Assembly (NCBI GenBank): GCA_964035545.1 | Contig: OZ037769.1 | Coordinates: 10,632,633 to 10,696,632 of the forward strand | Reading direction: 5' to 3' | Origin: Bugula neritina | Taxonomy: Eukaryota; Animalia; Bryozoa | DNA length: 64,000 bases | Shown: in pieces, positions 11,610-33,198 of the stretch | How the letters are laid out: each line of letters opens with the position of its first letter | Position numbering within the stretch: the first letter of the stretch is position 1 | Translations under genes and position numbers: made by a program | The notes under the pieces: model-generated | Database searches by the model: none | The model's input: the letters and a program-made list of their open reading frames with translations, nothing else | Told to the model about the DNA's origin: nothing

Positions 11610-13464
11610 GTTTATAGAGATAGCGTTAGAACATTTCAGTGGGAACTCACATAATTATTAGCTTATAGTTAGTTAAAACATGCTGCAAATGGTTCATGCT
11701 AATAGTGAGAGCTTGCAAAGTGTAAATATTAAAGTTTCAATGATGAATCAAACACTCATTTTCATAAAATATAAACTATGAGTTAGTGCCTTGTTGAATG
11801 CAATCACCAATCACACTAAAAACATACTAATGGCTCCCTTTATAACTCAGTAAATGAGTAAATCATGTATCAGGAGTTGCGTCTATAGTAAAGCTGTATA
11901 GTAATAACTTCATAAATAAACTCCACTAGTAATAGCATTGTCAGAAAAAATATATAAACTTATGTAATCTTGAGGAAATAAATACATAAATAACAGTTGT
12001 GTAGTAATAAAACTATTTTGAGTTGTTTCTATGCAGACAGATACTTAAAGGTGTAAGGAGGGAACATGGTGATGTATTTCTATATTTGGATATAAATGGG
12101 TACAGTTTAAATTTTAAAGGGTCAGACTCTACAGTCATTCGGAGTTATCTTCTCTTCTTATAAACTCGGGACCTTATCATTGCAGCTAGTTAATAGATCA
12201 TGTTCAACGTGTAAAATGGCTTCTTTATTTAGTTTAGTTGCTGCAAAAATAATTGAGAACTCTTAAGAAAGAATGGTTCAAATTTTCTTCACCAAACAGG
12301 GTGGCTCATTTGGCCCTTCCGCAATACATCCTGTTGGTGCACATAAATAGAAAAATGCAACATGCGATTCACAAACTACCAGTAAATATTTTGTTAACTC
12401 GATTGCCATTAACTGTCACCTTATTTGTTTCCCTGCCCATACCATGTTATAAATTGTGCTATGTCAGCCAAGGCATCTTGTAAACCTCGTAAACACACCA
12501 GTTTAGCTAGCTACAAGTATACTTGTAAGCTGCACTTCATGTTTGTTCTAGACTTGCCCCAACTGTGGTAAATAAAGTGCAAGAGTCATGACTAGTGCAG
12601 CCACTGTGTAGAAGTTATGTCAGCTATATTCTCATATGGGTTCGAGTTTAAGGTTTGGAAAAATTTAGCATCAGTGTGCCGTTTATACCTACTTTTCCAT
12701 TTGTGCTCCTATTACCTATGCCTTTATTACCTGTGCCATTTTTACCACATCATTTTTACCTGTGCCATTTTTACCTGTTGTAAACACTAAACAGGGCTGC
12801 TGAAAGCAAAGAACACCAAATTTTTAAGATGCTATTATGACAGGGTAGCATAGTGCTGAAAGTAGTCAAGTGGAAATTAATAGTAAAGGGCAACTTTAAA
12901 TAACATTCTGCTCTAAGTGAAATGTGATTACCCCTTCTCACCCCTTCCTGGATACTCTATTCTAGTTAGGAACTCTTAATTTCATAAAGTAACATGCACT
13001 TCTCATTGGAACCACGTCATGTTAAAGTAGAAAATCTTTTCAACTTCTGTTGCAGCATAACACTGCAGTATAGCTACTGTCAAGGCAAGGTGACCACGTG
13101 CTTCTACATCCAATTATAATACAATAACATTCCACAGTTAAGTGCTATGTTGTGTAGATTACTTCATCCTACTAGCAACTACTGATATCATATATGCAAA
13201 TTGATAGCATATACTTATGTCATTTGACAGTTCTCTGTCACGTTGAGTGAGGGATCTACTAGTAGCTAATCATACTGCATCAAGCTCTCTCCGTAACTCC
13301 TTACTTTAGACAAGGTAGGTCATAGTGCTATCTTGTACCTACTGTGTCTGTAGCATATACTATATTGAGAAGATCATCCATATATGTTCACTAATTATTC
13401 TTTTTATGTTTACAATTAAAGCAAAAGGTAAATGATAATCTCTAGTCTTTTATTTTATAAATAT

Positions 13465-13612
13465 CGACATGCATGTTCTCAAATATACATATGCATGTAC
13501 TCAAATATATACATATGCATGTTCTCAAATATACATATGCATGTACTCAAATATATACATATGCATGTACTCAAATATACATATGCCTGTTGTCAAATAT
13601 ACATACATGTAT
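13465..13612. repeat. ~22-24-bp minisatellite
   Basis: catgtactcaaatatatacatatg units. Confidence 0.85.
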
Positions 13613-13777
13613 GTCTGTATTCAAATAGTCAGGTATGCATATTGCTTATTTGTATACCAGTAATCACAATGAATGGTGACTTGACCAGTGAATAAGGTAC
13701 TCTCCCTACAGTACTGGCCTAACTGCTGATCTAGCTGTGCTGAACAACCAGTAGGTACTGTACTAACAGTACTGTTC

Positions 13778-13852
13778 AGCTGTGCTGGTCCAACTGTGCT
13801 GGTCCAACTGCGCTGACCCAACTGTGCTGGTCCAACTGTGCAGGTCCAACTG
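13778..13852. repeat. ~14-bp tandem repeat
   Basis: ggtccaactgtgct units. Confidence 0.8.
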
Positions 13853-14197
13853 TTCTGGCTCAACAGTTCCCTTCTAACAAGGCTGGCCCAAAACCACTGA
13901 AATGACAGTTCTGAACTAACGGCACTAGTTTATTGAAAAAACCTTTCAGTTGTTTTGCTCAGCTTCTAAACTAAATGCTCAAACAAAAGTATAAGTATTT
14001 TGAACTACAGCAAACGTTACTAACATAAAAGTGTATGCTCTGAAAATTCAAAACCAAACTAAGGGAAAAATATATACTTCCGCACCTATTATATAGCAAA
14101 TATTCTACAGGCTTCCCATAATCCTCCAGTATATTACTGCTCATTTGAGCTATCTCTCTTTTCCTTTTATTTTCTTTTATTTGTATCATTCTGCTAG

Positions 14198-14262
14198 TGT
14201 GTGTGTGTGCGTGTGTGTGTGTGTTTGTGTGTGTGCGTGTGTGTGTGCGTGTGTGTGTTTGT
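14198..14262. repeat. (GT)n microsatellite
   Basis: Direct observation. Confidence 0.95.
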
Positions 14263-14812
14263 ACAGTAGGTTGTAGTTATTATGTTAGTGCAAACTATAA
14301 GATATCAAACTATAATGATAAGAAACTATACTTGCTCAGCTCATGACATAATCTTCAATGTTAATAGACTAACTGGGAGGTTGCTATGTAAGAGCAAGAA
14401 TTTGCTGTGTGCAGTCCATAGAATAGAACTAAGCTGCAATCGGTTCAACAATGTGAACTATACTTTAAATTTAAACACCTGAATCTCTGTATTTAATAAA
14501 ACAATGATGAACATTAGTTTAACTCTTGGCAATTAAAAACTTATAGAAAGCCTTAGGTTTATTATTTTAGTATAAAGGCTATAAAATAAAAACTAAACTA
14601 TGTTTATTTTGGTAGCATATTAAGAAGTTGTTGATACAAAGAAAAAGCTTTCACCAACCCCACTCTAACTTTTAAATTCTTCTTTTCCTTTGACTAACAT
14701 GACGATTATGAGTCATGAGAGAGAACTATAAATTATATAAAATGTGCAACTGAAATGATATATGATGTTCTGACATGAATTATCATGTTTTAGATTGAAG
14801 TTTGGAGGAAAT

Positions 14813-22166
<7,354 letters not shown>

Positions 22167-25100
22167 TACTTAAAACCAAACATAAGATTGTGTGTTAGAT
22201 TTTTTAGTTTCCAATTTTTGCATACATGCATTCTGATTACATGATAATATTAAAAAATAAAACAAATTATATATTTCTGAAGTTTTAAGGAGTTGTGCTA
22301 ACTTATGTATTTTTAAGTAATAATATGACTCTCCTTAATATGCATCAAATAAAAAAGCTCAGAAAACCATTGTTTCATAAAGCCTACAAAACTGGGCACC
22401 AACTATATATTCTAGTATCTTTAGAAATTTGTGGTTGTGCCCCTTTTCTAAGTAATTAATGAGGGTTGTATGATTTCTTTGGCATTATTATGTTACCAAA
22501 ACATTTATCAAGTGCTGTGCCTGAGTTGTGTTCTCGTGAAAACCTAAGATCAATCAAAACTTTAAAACAAGTTTAAAATTTAGAAAGAGAAACAGGAATA
22601 TTGAGATTACACAATAAAGCAACAACTAGCTATCTAGCATGATAACTCCTTACACCTCATGACACTGATTTATACAACGTATAAGCGGCAACATAAAAAA
22701 AACATTTTCTTTATAACACATATATTCTAACAATAAATGTTCCATGTTATTCCTATTTCTGAATATATCTGTACAACTTGTTTATGAATAATGATAACTG
22801 CCTATAACATGATAGTCCAAGGTCTTATTGACAGAAGATTTTGCTAAACCAGCATAAAATTTAATAGGAGCAATTAAAAATAAATTTAGACAGATATATT
22901 TCAAACGTGATATATATTTATTTAACAACTACCATAACAGCATTAAGGTTAAGTTTTTCCCTGGTTTGCTGCAAAGTTTGTAAAATTTGTAAATTTTATT
23001 AATCTACAAAAATCTGCTCTAAAGCTGCCTGTATAAAGCAAATTTCTGCAGTGAGCTTTACAGGAAATTGACCAAAGTAGTGTGCTTCCATGTGCAAACA
23101 CAGTGTCTAGCTCCAGCAGTTCAACTCAACTCTACATGGTTCAGTCAGAGCTGTAGAAACTGCATGCACATAGGTGAAAACTTTTTGTCACTTTTGTGTA
23201 AAACATTAACTAGACAATTAATTTATTTTCTCACAAAATTAATTACGTGCATCTAAATCATTATAATATCAATGTTACAGTATTGATGGCAGTGATCACC
23301 ACAATATAGAGCAGCGTGTGAACATTGGCAGCTGACATTAGCTGAGCCTTTTTCCATAAAGCCAACGTTTAGTTAAAGAAATAACAAGCCATAAGCTGCA
23401 GGTAGCTATAATATAACCAAGTCTTGATGCAGTGACGTCATAAAGCTGTGAGCTGATCACAGCAAACAGACATGTTATTAGTTTATTTTTGATAGGATTG
23501 GTATTATGTGGTACCAATCAGTATCCAGGCTTTGGTGGTAAAACTAGCATTATACCATACTATGTATGTAGAAGTTCAAACATTATATTCAAGAAATATA
23601 TCTTGAAAAGGAATAATAATTGTGAAATAAAAATGTTTGCTGTTAAAGAGTTTTTATTATTCATACCTAGAACTTAGCATAAGACAGAGAGTTAGAAAGC
23701 TAGAACATTATTTGACTTTGTATGTCAGTATTTATAATATAATACTTATACGTAGTATTTCAAAAGGGAAAAAAATTAGGCTATATAAATTTATTTACTG
23801 TGCTAACTAGTTTCAGCTTGTAGAGCTCAAAATTAGTTGAATCCTTTATTTAATTATCTCCCATTTAATGTTTCCCAGTGAAAGTTATTTTTCAGTTACT
23901 ACTGTTTCTAGAAGAAAAGAAAACTCCTTGAAAGTGACTCAGCCGCAGCCAGAAATTACACCATAAACCTGGACAACTTTACAAGGAGAAGAAGAAACTA
24001 TTTCATGATTGCTTTAAGCTGTTCAAGTAACTTTTAAAAGCTAGATGGTTATTCTGCAATAAAGAACTTTTAGAAAAATACAAAAACTTTTTACGCCACT
24101 CACCTGTACAGCAGAGTTTTTGATTTCACTAAAATTATTTCAGATTCATCTTTTTCACAGCAATAAAATTCCCTGTGCCATTTCCACCTGCGCAATTTTT
24201 ACATAACGCCTTCATGAACTCATGCACTCAGCATACTGGAACCATTACACACAGCATAGCATAGAGAGAAACCCTGGAAACTACTCTATGCACAGTATTT
24301 CAGTAGAAAAGAGAAACTAAGAATACTGTAGACTTTGAGGTTTAAAGATGCGATTAGAATAATCAGAAAGTATATGAGTATTGATAAGCCTTGACAAGCC
24401 TTGACAAGTATTGATGAGTATTGATAGGTATTTATTGGTATTGATTTAGTGTCACATCATGGTTCATCTTTCTTGAAAGCAGCTGCAATGACTCTCACCA
24501 ACCGGCACCAAGCATAGACTTGGTTACTAGACAGGTTATAATGATGGCTATGACGCAAACAAATTAAGGCCGAAGGTGAAAAGCTTCAAACATTTCAAAC
24601 CTGCTTTTGCATTATAATACTTGAAAATAAATAATAGAGTAAATAACTGGATAAATTGAACTGCTTTTAATTGGGAGCTTAGAACATAGTTTCGGCTTAG
24701 TAACAAAGTTGGTCTAAACATAGGTTGCCTTATTAACATAGAATATATTTGTCAGCGTGCTATGCTAGCTTATTAGGGTTTAATATCTAGTGCATTTGGT
24801 TCATTGAATATAAATCTTGTTTGTCATTTCAAACGGAAAATTAGTTTCTTCAAAATTAAAACTAATCTACTCTCCCCGGCATAAGTATGACAACAAAAAT
24901 AATGGTATAATTATTTATTAATGCTCTCTATTCTAGTGCTTTCCATAATAGTAGTGTTTACTGCTTATTATTTACCTATATTATAAGCAATATATTATTT
25001 CATTATGCAAAGTATAGGTATTTAGAAATCACATTATGTATACAATCAACAGAAACTAACGTTAATTTGTTTATTTTCTATTTTAGCCTTCCATTACAAA

Positions 25101-28100
25101 CAGCTCATGTACACCAATTTGATAATGGAAAACCTGAATAACATTGTCAGCTATTAATATGGTCGATTGAACATAAAACTTATTAAATATGTAACCAGAA
25201 TACGTTCGAATGAATAAAATAAAACTAGCGTGTAAGTAAGGTATGTTATATCACCGACAAATCTTTGTGTATTTTTATTATATACAAATCATCAGTTATT
25301 AAATGATTTGAAGACGCATTGCACTGAATGGGAAGAACATCTCAACTCTTCAATCAAGCACTAGCCTTTGCACTTTATCTCTCGATTTATTCACAATTAG
25401 CTTAATTATTAGGGTTTTAGCTACAGATGGGCCAACATTTGGATAAACTCTAGTTTATCCAAATATTATTATGTTTCAAGTTAAAAATAGATGTGCATTA
25501 CTTTGTTATTATTATGCCTTATAGTTACCCATTCACCAAATTAAAGTATGAGTAAATTAGCGAATAAATAAGGAGGACATAAAAGCCCAATAATATTATT
25601 TATTTTGAATTTGTAGCATGGTAGGGTGCAGTGGTGAACTAATAGACTGTATCACTCCCTGATAGTTTTAATGCCACTTTTAGAAAGGACAGATTACCAA
25701 TTAACCTTGTTCACACTGCAGTCTACTCCTTAGCACGACCTTATAATGACTGGTTTACTCTTGTCCAATATAATATTGTGTAGTAAGATGGTAATTTTAT
25801 CGACATGCTGAGTGGGTCTACTGTATAATAATTAGTTGATGAATATGTCTAAGGAGATATGTGTCTGCTGTTATAATTTATGACTCGGCGGTTATTATCT
25901 CCTCGTACAAGTATGAATAAAGAATCACATTCTCGCCTACAAGCGAAAGTGTAAAATCAAGCTGTGATCTGAATTTAGAGCTACTTATAATGACCATCTC
26001 TCAACGTGTTGCTAAGTAACAACGTTGGTATTCGCCTACTTCTGCAGACTCGAAGAATAAATTCAAATGTCTCGAATGTGTGTATTTAACTTGTTTAACA
26101 AGTAGTGAAAGCCAAAGAAAACTACAAGTTAACTTAAAATATCAACTATAAGTAAACATTACAAGTCAACCTTAAAGTTCACCTGTAAGTTGATCTATAA
26201 GTTAACAAGTAAACAGCCTGTGTAACAAGATCTCATTCAAACTTTTCAGATATATTTTGGGTATTCTGAACTTTTGTTAGGATATTATAACAGTTTAAGC
26301 CTATTCTATGAGATAAGGTAATATTCTAAATTATGTGATGCTTTCTATTCTATTTTAGTTATGTGAATATTCACACAGCTTTACTAAATAAAGAATAGGA
26401 AAATGCTATGTTATTATAACGTGTTGGAGACAAGCTAAAGATCAGCTGTTATTATTTTCAGACAAACAGAAAGCTTGCATTTCAAAGTAAAACCCAACAT
26501 GAATTTAAATGCTACCTGTTTTAAAAGCATAATTAAATCAGAAATGTTATTTTCAAATAAAAGTCATTTGTTATTAGTTATTCTAATTACAAGAAATTTT
26601 TAGGAAAGGAATATTAGAAGTATTTTATATCGAGTTTTAACATTTTGTATTTAGTTTTAACCACAGAAAGTAGAATCAGTTTATTGCTACCTCTTAAACT
26701 TTTACAATCAGCAGATGAAAAACACAGCCTTGAAAAGCCAAAAGAAACAATACTTCTTTGTAATTTTGCTTGAAGACTTGAAGAACTAAAACTGAAACTC
26801 AAGAGGCGCAGGTTTATGGCCTTTATCCTAAGTGCAACACAATGTTATATAACACATGTAATACGATGTGAGAACTATATTTCACACTATTGACACCATA
26901 ATACCATTATTTCATTGGAATTACAATGTTTCTCTATACAACTCTCTACTTTGACAAATGGATATCTCATTTCATTTTTAGTAAATATTGTTTCAGTATA
27001 CAACCCAGCGGTGGGAGTTTCGCCTGAGATGAGCATTAAATGTAGATCTCACAGCTCACCACACAAAGAAAGTTAATCTGAAGCAAGACAGGCTAAATAT
27101 TAGTAACTTTCCAATGAATTACCTCTCTATTATGCACTGTAATGTAGTTGGGTTATTTTGAATAATTAGTGACACTTGTTAGTTCCATAGGAATACTTAT
27201 GATTGATGTAAATCTAAGTAAATACATTTTATTTAAATGTAATAAGTTGAAAGATATAATTATAAAGGTTGCACCAGCTGACTTTCAGTGACAATTGCTA
27301 GCAGCAGGCTAAGCGTTAATGTTTATTGCACATTTCTAGCTCTCCTTCCTCTCTACTCGAATTGTTAAATGAAGCAATAACAGGGTGATAGCACTTGATC
27401 ATGCCCTATCTCACTTCTGTTATTTCTGATCCTAAACCACTGTAGATTATCCGTTAAACTAATACATTCTATATGAAGCAATTTAGGGGTTTAGTACAGT
27501 GGGGTTCAGTCTGAGGGGGTTTACTTATGCCGCGTTTAACCAAGAATTCTAAGCTACATTTCTGTTTATATAAAGCGTCGGAATGAGACATGAAATACTA
27601 AAGCTCAGGCAATCGTAGTTCTCTCTGTTATTCCATAGAGATGCTTCAATAATTTGTCAACTGGGCCAAGATATGTTATTATGAAGCTATTTTCTCAAAG
27701 CTTGTTTGAGAAAATTGCCATTTCAACATAAAATAGCAGGTCTAATGTTGAGTACATTATGGTTGCTAGAATCAGGTTGATGGTAGGTGGGAGTGCATAC
27801 TGGAAGACTCGGCACACAATTGATTGGCTGATTGACTAATTTTTTCAATTATACCAACTATATACACACACGTTTTATTGCTAATTATTTGTTTGGGTAA
27901 TATTGATATATGATTTGATAAAACTTGCCTGCGCGAAAGAAAAAGAAACCAAGGTTAGGTCAGCACTTACTACTCTGCACACTGCACAGCATCACTATAT
28001 GGCATTTAAGAAAGATGGTTGCTGCTTGTTTAGCTATAAGGTAGTTTGAGAATGTGTATCGGATAGTTGTGGATATGCCGGAGAGCAGATCTTGTATACT

Positions 28101-29999
28101 AATAGAAGGAACAATTTAATCTCATCAAACTTCAAGGATATTAAATCCACGAGAGGTGTTACTTTTCATAGTACAACATAAATATAATCTTTTAACATAA
28201 TGAGATAACAAATTACATTTCCATTCATCGGTCATCATCAAAAAGTGCCAGCCATTTCTTTCTTTGCTTTTATAAACTTATTTATCTACATAATTAACTT
28301 TAATTATAATATTTGCTAATCAAAATGGCTTTAAATATTGACCTATTTAATTCATTTATTTAGTTGACTAGTTTGGTGACAGTTGGGGTATATGCATGCA
28401 GCCCGACCATCTATAGAGAAATTCAAAGCTTTCAGCTTAAATACAGGTAATTGTATTAATAAATGACATTAGTAATAGTTAATATACAAGTATAATCCTG
28501 TTGCAGTGCAAATGCAGCTACATTTAATTATACCCTCAGGGTGGACCACAGAGTGTGCTGTGGAACAATAAGTAATGAGGGCATTACATTTACACTCTCT
28601 TAGTTTCTTTTAAAATGATTAGAATCCCAGGCTATAAAATTCCTTCTTGACTGATTCTATCTACCATGCTATCTTAAATAAATTATTAAATAATTAATTC
28701 AATTGTTTGCCAAGCTGACTGGTTTCACAGCTTGCCTTTTCCTGAAATATGATTAAATTAGCTAATAGTTTGTGTTCCATGCCATTCCTAGCTTATAAGA
28801 TGTTATCTCTGAGATATTAATTTAATGTTGACAAATTATAGCATGCCAATGGCAGATCACCTCCAGTAGTTTCATAACAAATTATAGACTATACTGTATG
28901 AGATAAATATCAGTTTATGGTGAATAAATTTGCAGCACGGCCAACAACTCAAACTGATCAGTACACGTTGTTTCTGTGTGTTACAGCATGGCTGTGATGT
29001 AACAGGCCTAACAAACAGCAGGGTTTCACATGGCTTTATCAACTTTTTTCAGTCTCGCCAATTCACAAAACCAGCAAACACAGGAGCTATACTATCTTTA
29101 ACATCTTTCACAGCCAGGATGCAATAAGAAAGCCAAAGCTTTGAAACTGGCTACAACAGCCAGCTACAAAGCTTTCTTATTAAACCCTGATAGCCAGTTA
29201 CAAAGCTTGTGTTGGAAGCTACTGTATTACCAAGCTATACGATGCTTATCAGAGTGGTAAAGAGCCTACAATACGTTCACCATATCACAATACCTAATTG
29301 AGAATTTATTTTCAGACTCGATTTAATCTTAGCTTGCTGGCGGCAAATGCTGAAGTGATAAAAATACTATCTCATCCTTGCTCATTATAGAGATCTTTCA
29401 AGATTTTCAGGGTATTAGTCCGAAGTTAAACCGGCCTTTACTTGGCCAGTAGCAAAACTATGTTTCATTATTACTTCTGCTCCCTCATTGCCTATGTAAA
29501 AAATTGGGATGAACTTGATGTAACCATCACAGCTTGCATGACATAGCTGATGAGCATTTAACCTGTTCCCAATCAGTTTTGCATTGTTACTGGACAAAAC
29601 CTTTGTTAGATGGAAAAGTTCAAAGTTAAGCACCCAGAGTGCTCATTATTTTTAAAATTATGGACCTCTGATCAATGTGGTGTATGTATAAGCGCTACTA
29701 TTAAATGACAAAAGTTGTGTACCACAATAAAATGTCCTTAAATGGCAGGATAATATTGTGAGCAATTTATAGAAAATCATTATCTTTTGTAGAATCTGCT
29801 AGGATCAATTGCTATAATTTATTAGGCGATTGTCTACGTAAACTGCACTTTGCTTTAAACTGAATGCTTAACAACTTACATGATGGCTTAAAGACTTTAG
29901 AAATTCTTAGCTATCTAGAACTTATAAACATACCCGTTACCAGCTAATAAGCTACCAACACCTAATAACTATACAATAGCTATTATTGCATAATGACTA

Positions 30000-30050
30000 C
30001 TTCGTCCAATCAGACCGTCTCACCGCATTGCTACATATATATAAGACGGG
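30000..30050 (+). promoter_or_regulatory. Core promoter of the homeobox gene (CCAAT + TATA)
   Basis: CCAATCAG at 30006 and TATATAAG at ~30038-30045, about 75 nt before the ATG at 30116. Confidence 0.6.
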
Positions 30051-30115
30051 AAAGCAGAATTTCAGATCCTCTCGAAAAGTGTAACGGAGAAGTTTCTGGC
30101 TAAAAGTTTCTAGTC

Positions 30116-33100
30116 ATGGAGGAGGATATTGAGGTGAGCTAATTGTTGCATTTGTTAATGATTTATTATAGATTGATTGTAAAGATTAGGGCCTATTAAA
30201 AATACTATTTATATATTATAAAGCTTAAATTTCTTATTTTAAATAAGAATCGAGCTCAATATTTCCATTGATTATATATATAATATATGCTGAAAGTAAA
30301 TTACCCAAAATGCATAGCTATTTTTTGATCTTGGGTACTTGTGCCGTGCCAGAAGCTTTCTCTCTTCACACTAATATCAGTAATGATGAATTAGGTTTTT
30401 TTAAATTGATAACTATAAAGCATAGTACAGCTTTAAAAGCATGCTAACTTGTAATTAGTATTATTCACATTTTTATTGATGAAAACAGTATTTCAGCTTA
30501 TAGATAATACAACTCCTTGGGTTTTAAGCATATAAACTAAAGGCATAATTATCCATTAATATTTTGAACTACCTATACTGTCATTCTAATCTAATTGACT
30601 TAGATGGCTACTAATATTTGCATAGCCACTACTTCTAATTAGTCTGCGTCTGTAAGTGTGTCTATACTCCGACAAATTGCTATTGATGATAATTATTTCA
30701 AGTATTTACCAAATTAAAAAAGTAATACAAAAATAGTTGCATCAGATTCACTTTTCTAAATATTAAGTCAACATACGCTCACATGAATATTTTTGCCATC
30801 TTTCAACATTTTATTATATAACAGTACAGTCTCCATATTACTAGCAAGAGTGGCCTAATTACACTTGAAGTTTGTCTTTCAGAATGTAGTTGTACTGTCT
30901 GAACCGTAATTACACAGCAAGCTGTCTGTGAGCCAACACATTCCAATGCTTTAATACTACTTAATACTAAATTGGGCCCCTCCTTGCTGTTCTTAGGAAC
31001 AGGTGGACCAATCAGATGAACCAATTTTGAGAAAGAAAGTAGACTATAGTGACGTGAAGGAGCTGGCTAAATCAGACCTGACTGCCAATGGACAAGCTGA
31101 GGAATATTCTCAGTTTTATGTAGACTCAACTCAGTATGGCCAGTGCACTATGGGTAGCATGGAGGAGTTAAATGAAGCAAAGTCTCTTAAGGTTAGGCTA
31201 TTTCTGGCTCTGTTTTGAATAAAGAAAGAAACTCACAAAAAAATTATTATAGCCGCTATCCCTGTGAGAAACCCCTGACGGAAAGAGTTTTTGATAAATT
31301 GGGCTAAGGACTTATTCAGATGTGGCACAGGAGCAATTATGACTGGGCAGTCTCCCTAAACTCACCAATGGCCTTTGTTGGGGCTCGAACCCATGACTTT
31401 GTGTTTACTAAGCTCAAACACTCTAACCCATAAACTACCGGCTGCTTCCTTTGAATAAAGTAGCAAGCCAATATTTTTCAAAATTGTTTGAGAAATAGAT
31501 GTTTCTAGAAGCTTCTAGACCAGTAGAAGCCTCAGACTTAAAATTTACAAGTGGAAGACGTACTACTTTTCTCTATTAAAACGGCATATGTAAAGATGAA
31601 AAATATTTTAAATACTGTACGTGATCTACCATTTGGAATTACTTCAAATGCTAGTTTTGAAAAGTGAAATTTGTTTTGATATTTCAGTTTTTATTTTGTA
31701 AAGGTAAAAATGGAACCATCACCTTCATTTGCTTTGAAAAGCAAGTTTTCTAGTCATCTCGACAGTTTAGATGTATACAAGCTAGACAGAATCTTCAAGG
31801 GATCAAGCTTTGTGGCTGATAGTCCATCGGGAAGTATAGATAGTGGAGTATTTGATGATGAAGGTTAGTGTACTTAGTATATAACATCACACGTCTTGTA
31901 ACAGAATGTAGTACTTGCTTCCTGATATGTTTATATTAGTTGTTTTAAGAATTATACAGCTTGCATAGGAAAGGTTTGGAGCAGAAAATAACAGCATGGG
32001 TTGTTTCACAAAGTTAGCATAAGTAAAAGCAAGTCAGTGCAATGTTGTTATTTCTCTTTGGTCAATAGGTAAAGTAAAATATTTAAAGTTGTATTTTAAT
32101 TTTTAAGGTAAATAGAGCAAAAATTTTGTTGCAACTTGCAATCATCTGTGTTTTCAATTGTGGATAGATTTGTTGTTTATTGCAACTGAGTGATTTTAAA
32201 CCATTCAGACACTATCAGCATATATTTAATCATTTCATTGACATTGTAAAAAGGTAGAAATAAAACCGCTACTTTTTATTTAACTCACTAAAGAAAAAAC
32301 TATTCTATTAAATGCATTCAATATTTTCTATCAAATTCATATATTTTGACTAGTGATGAACTTTTGATTAAATCGACTAGAGTAAATAATTATTATAACT
32401 TGAAAAATTGACATTAAATTTGAATCTTTTGAGTTTATATTAGACTTAAGTTAGTGTTTCACTGGCTTGACTGAACTCAGTTCTAGAAAATTTGTGTGGA
32501 GGCAGCTGGTAGAGTTATAAAGAAAATAATCTAGTGCTGATTTGGGAAACTGCTTTATTAAGCTAATAATTAATATTTGGGTTTCATCTCTTATTGAATA
32601 AGACTAATATTCCAATTTTCTTAGTGTAGCCAATTCTTTAATATGTGTTTGTTTAAACCAGAAATGTTATCAAATGTAATTCTATGTCTGAATTATTTAA
32701 GCTCTCTTTACATTACTTTTGTTGACCTTCTTCCTTGTGAAATGTAGTTTCCAGCCTCAATTCTGTACAGTTACAGACTTCAGTTTCTATAACAAGCCAC
32801 ATGATGTTATTGTAGAAGATTGTCCGAGTGTAGATAGTACTTCTGAGAGGAAGTACCGGAAGCAGAGGACTGTGTTTGAGCCAAGTCAGATTACGGCTTT
32901 AGAGGATATGTTCAGCAAAACCCAGTATCCCAGCTCGGAAGACTATGACAAACTCAGCTGTAAAATCTCTATTGACGAACAGCGTCTTCGAATCTGGTTC
33001 CAGAACCGAAGAGCTCGTCACCGAAGGTTGATGAAAAGTTCACCAGCTCATCTGAGTCCGATCATGTCTCCATTGTCCATTCCATCAGCTCTGTCGATGC

Positions 33101-33198
33101 CCAGGTCTGCTCTCACTGCACCACAGTTTCCTGAATTCCCTTCGCCACACATGTTTTATGGTAAACCACCTTTTCTGCCATTTTTTCTTCCACACTAG
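30116..33198 (+). CDS. Divergent PRD-class (paired-like, Q50) homeobox protein, 4 coding exons
   Basis: Exons 30116-30133, 30997(or 31003)-31191, 31704-31863, 32771(or 32777)-33198, phases consistent. Homeodomain YRKQRTVFEPSQITALEDMFSKTQYP...RLRIWFQNRRARHRR; Pro/Ser-rich C-terminus. Confidence 0.85.
31245..31445 (-). mobile_element. tRNA-derived SINE
   Basis: Minus strand gcagccggtagtttatgggttagag (A-box-like) ... gggttcgagccc (B box); homologous along its length to 59701-59895. Confidence 0.75.

Larger units (their letters stand above)
285..12775. repeat. Tandem segmental duplication (285-~3260 vs ~7100-12775)
   Basis: Collinear near-identical blocks, e.g. 370-900 vs 7180-7700, 1490-2160 vs 10519-11170, 2280-2590 vs 11630-11940, 2880-3050 vs 12465-12637. 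Confidence 0.9.

Noticed and set aside
22200-29900. Short ORFs in the intergenic region between UNC93A and the homeobox gene
   Set aside because: No recognisable protein motifs or consistent exon chain.
31370-31445. Possible tRNA gene
   Set aside because: A/B boxes are present but there is no proper cloverleaf, and it continues into a body shared with 59701-59895; it is a SINE.
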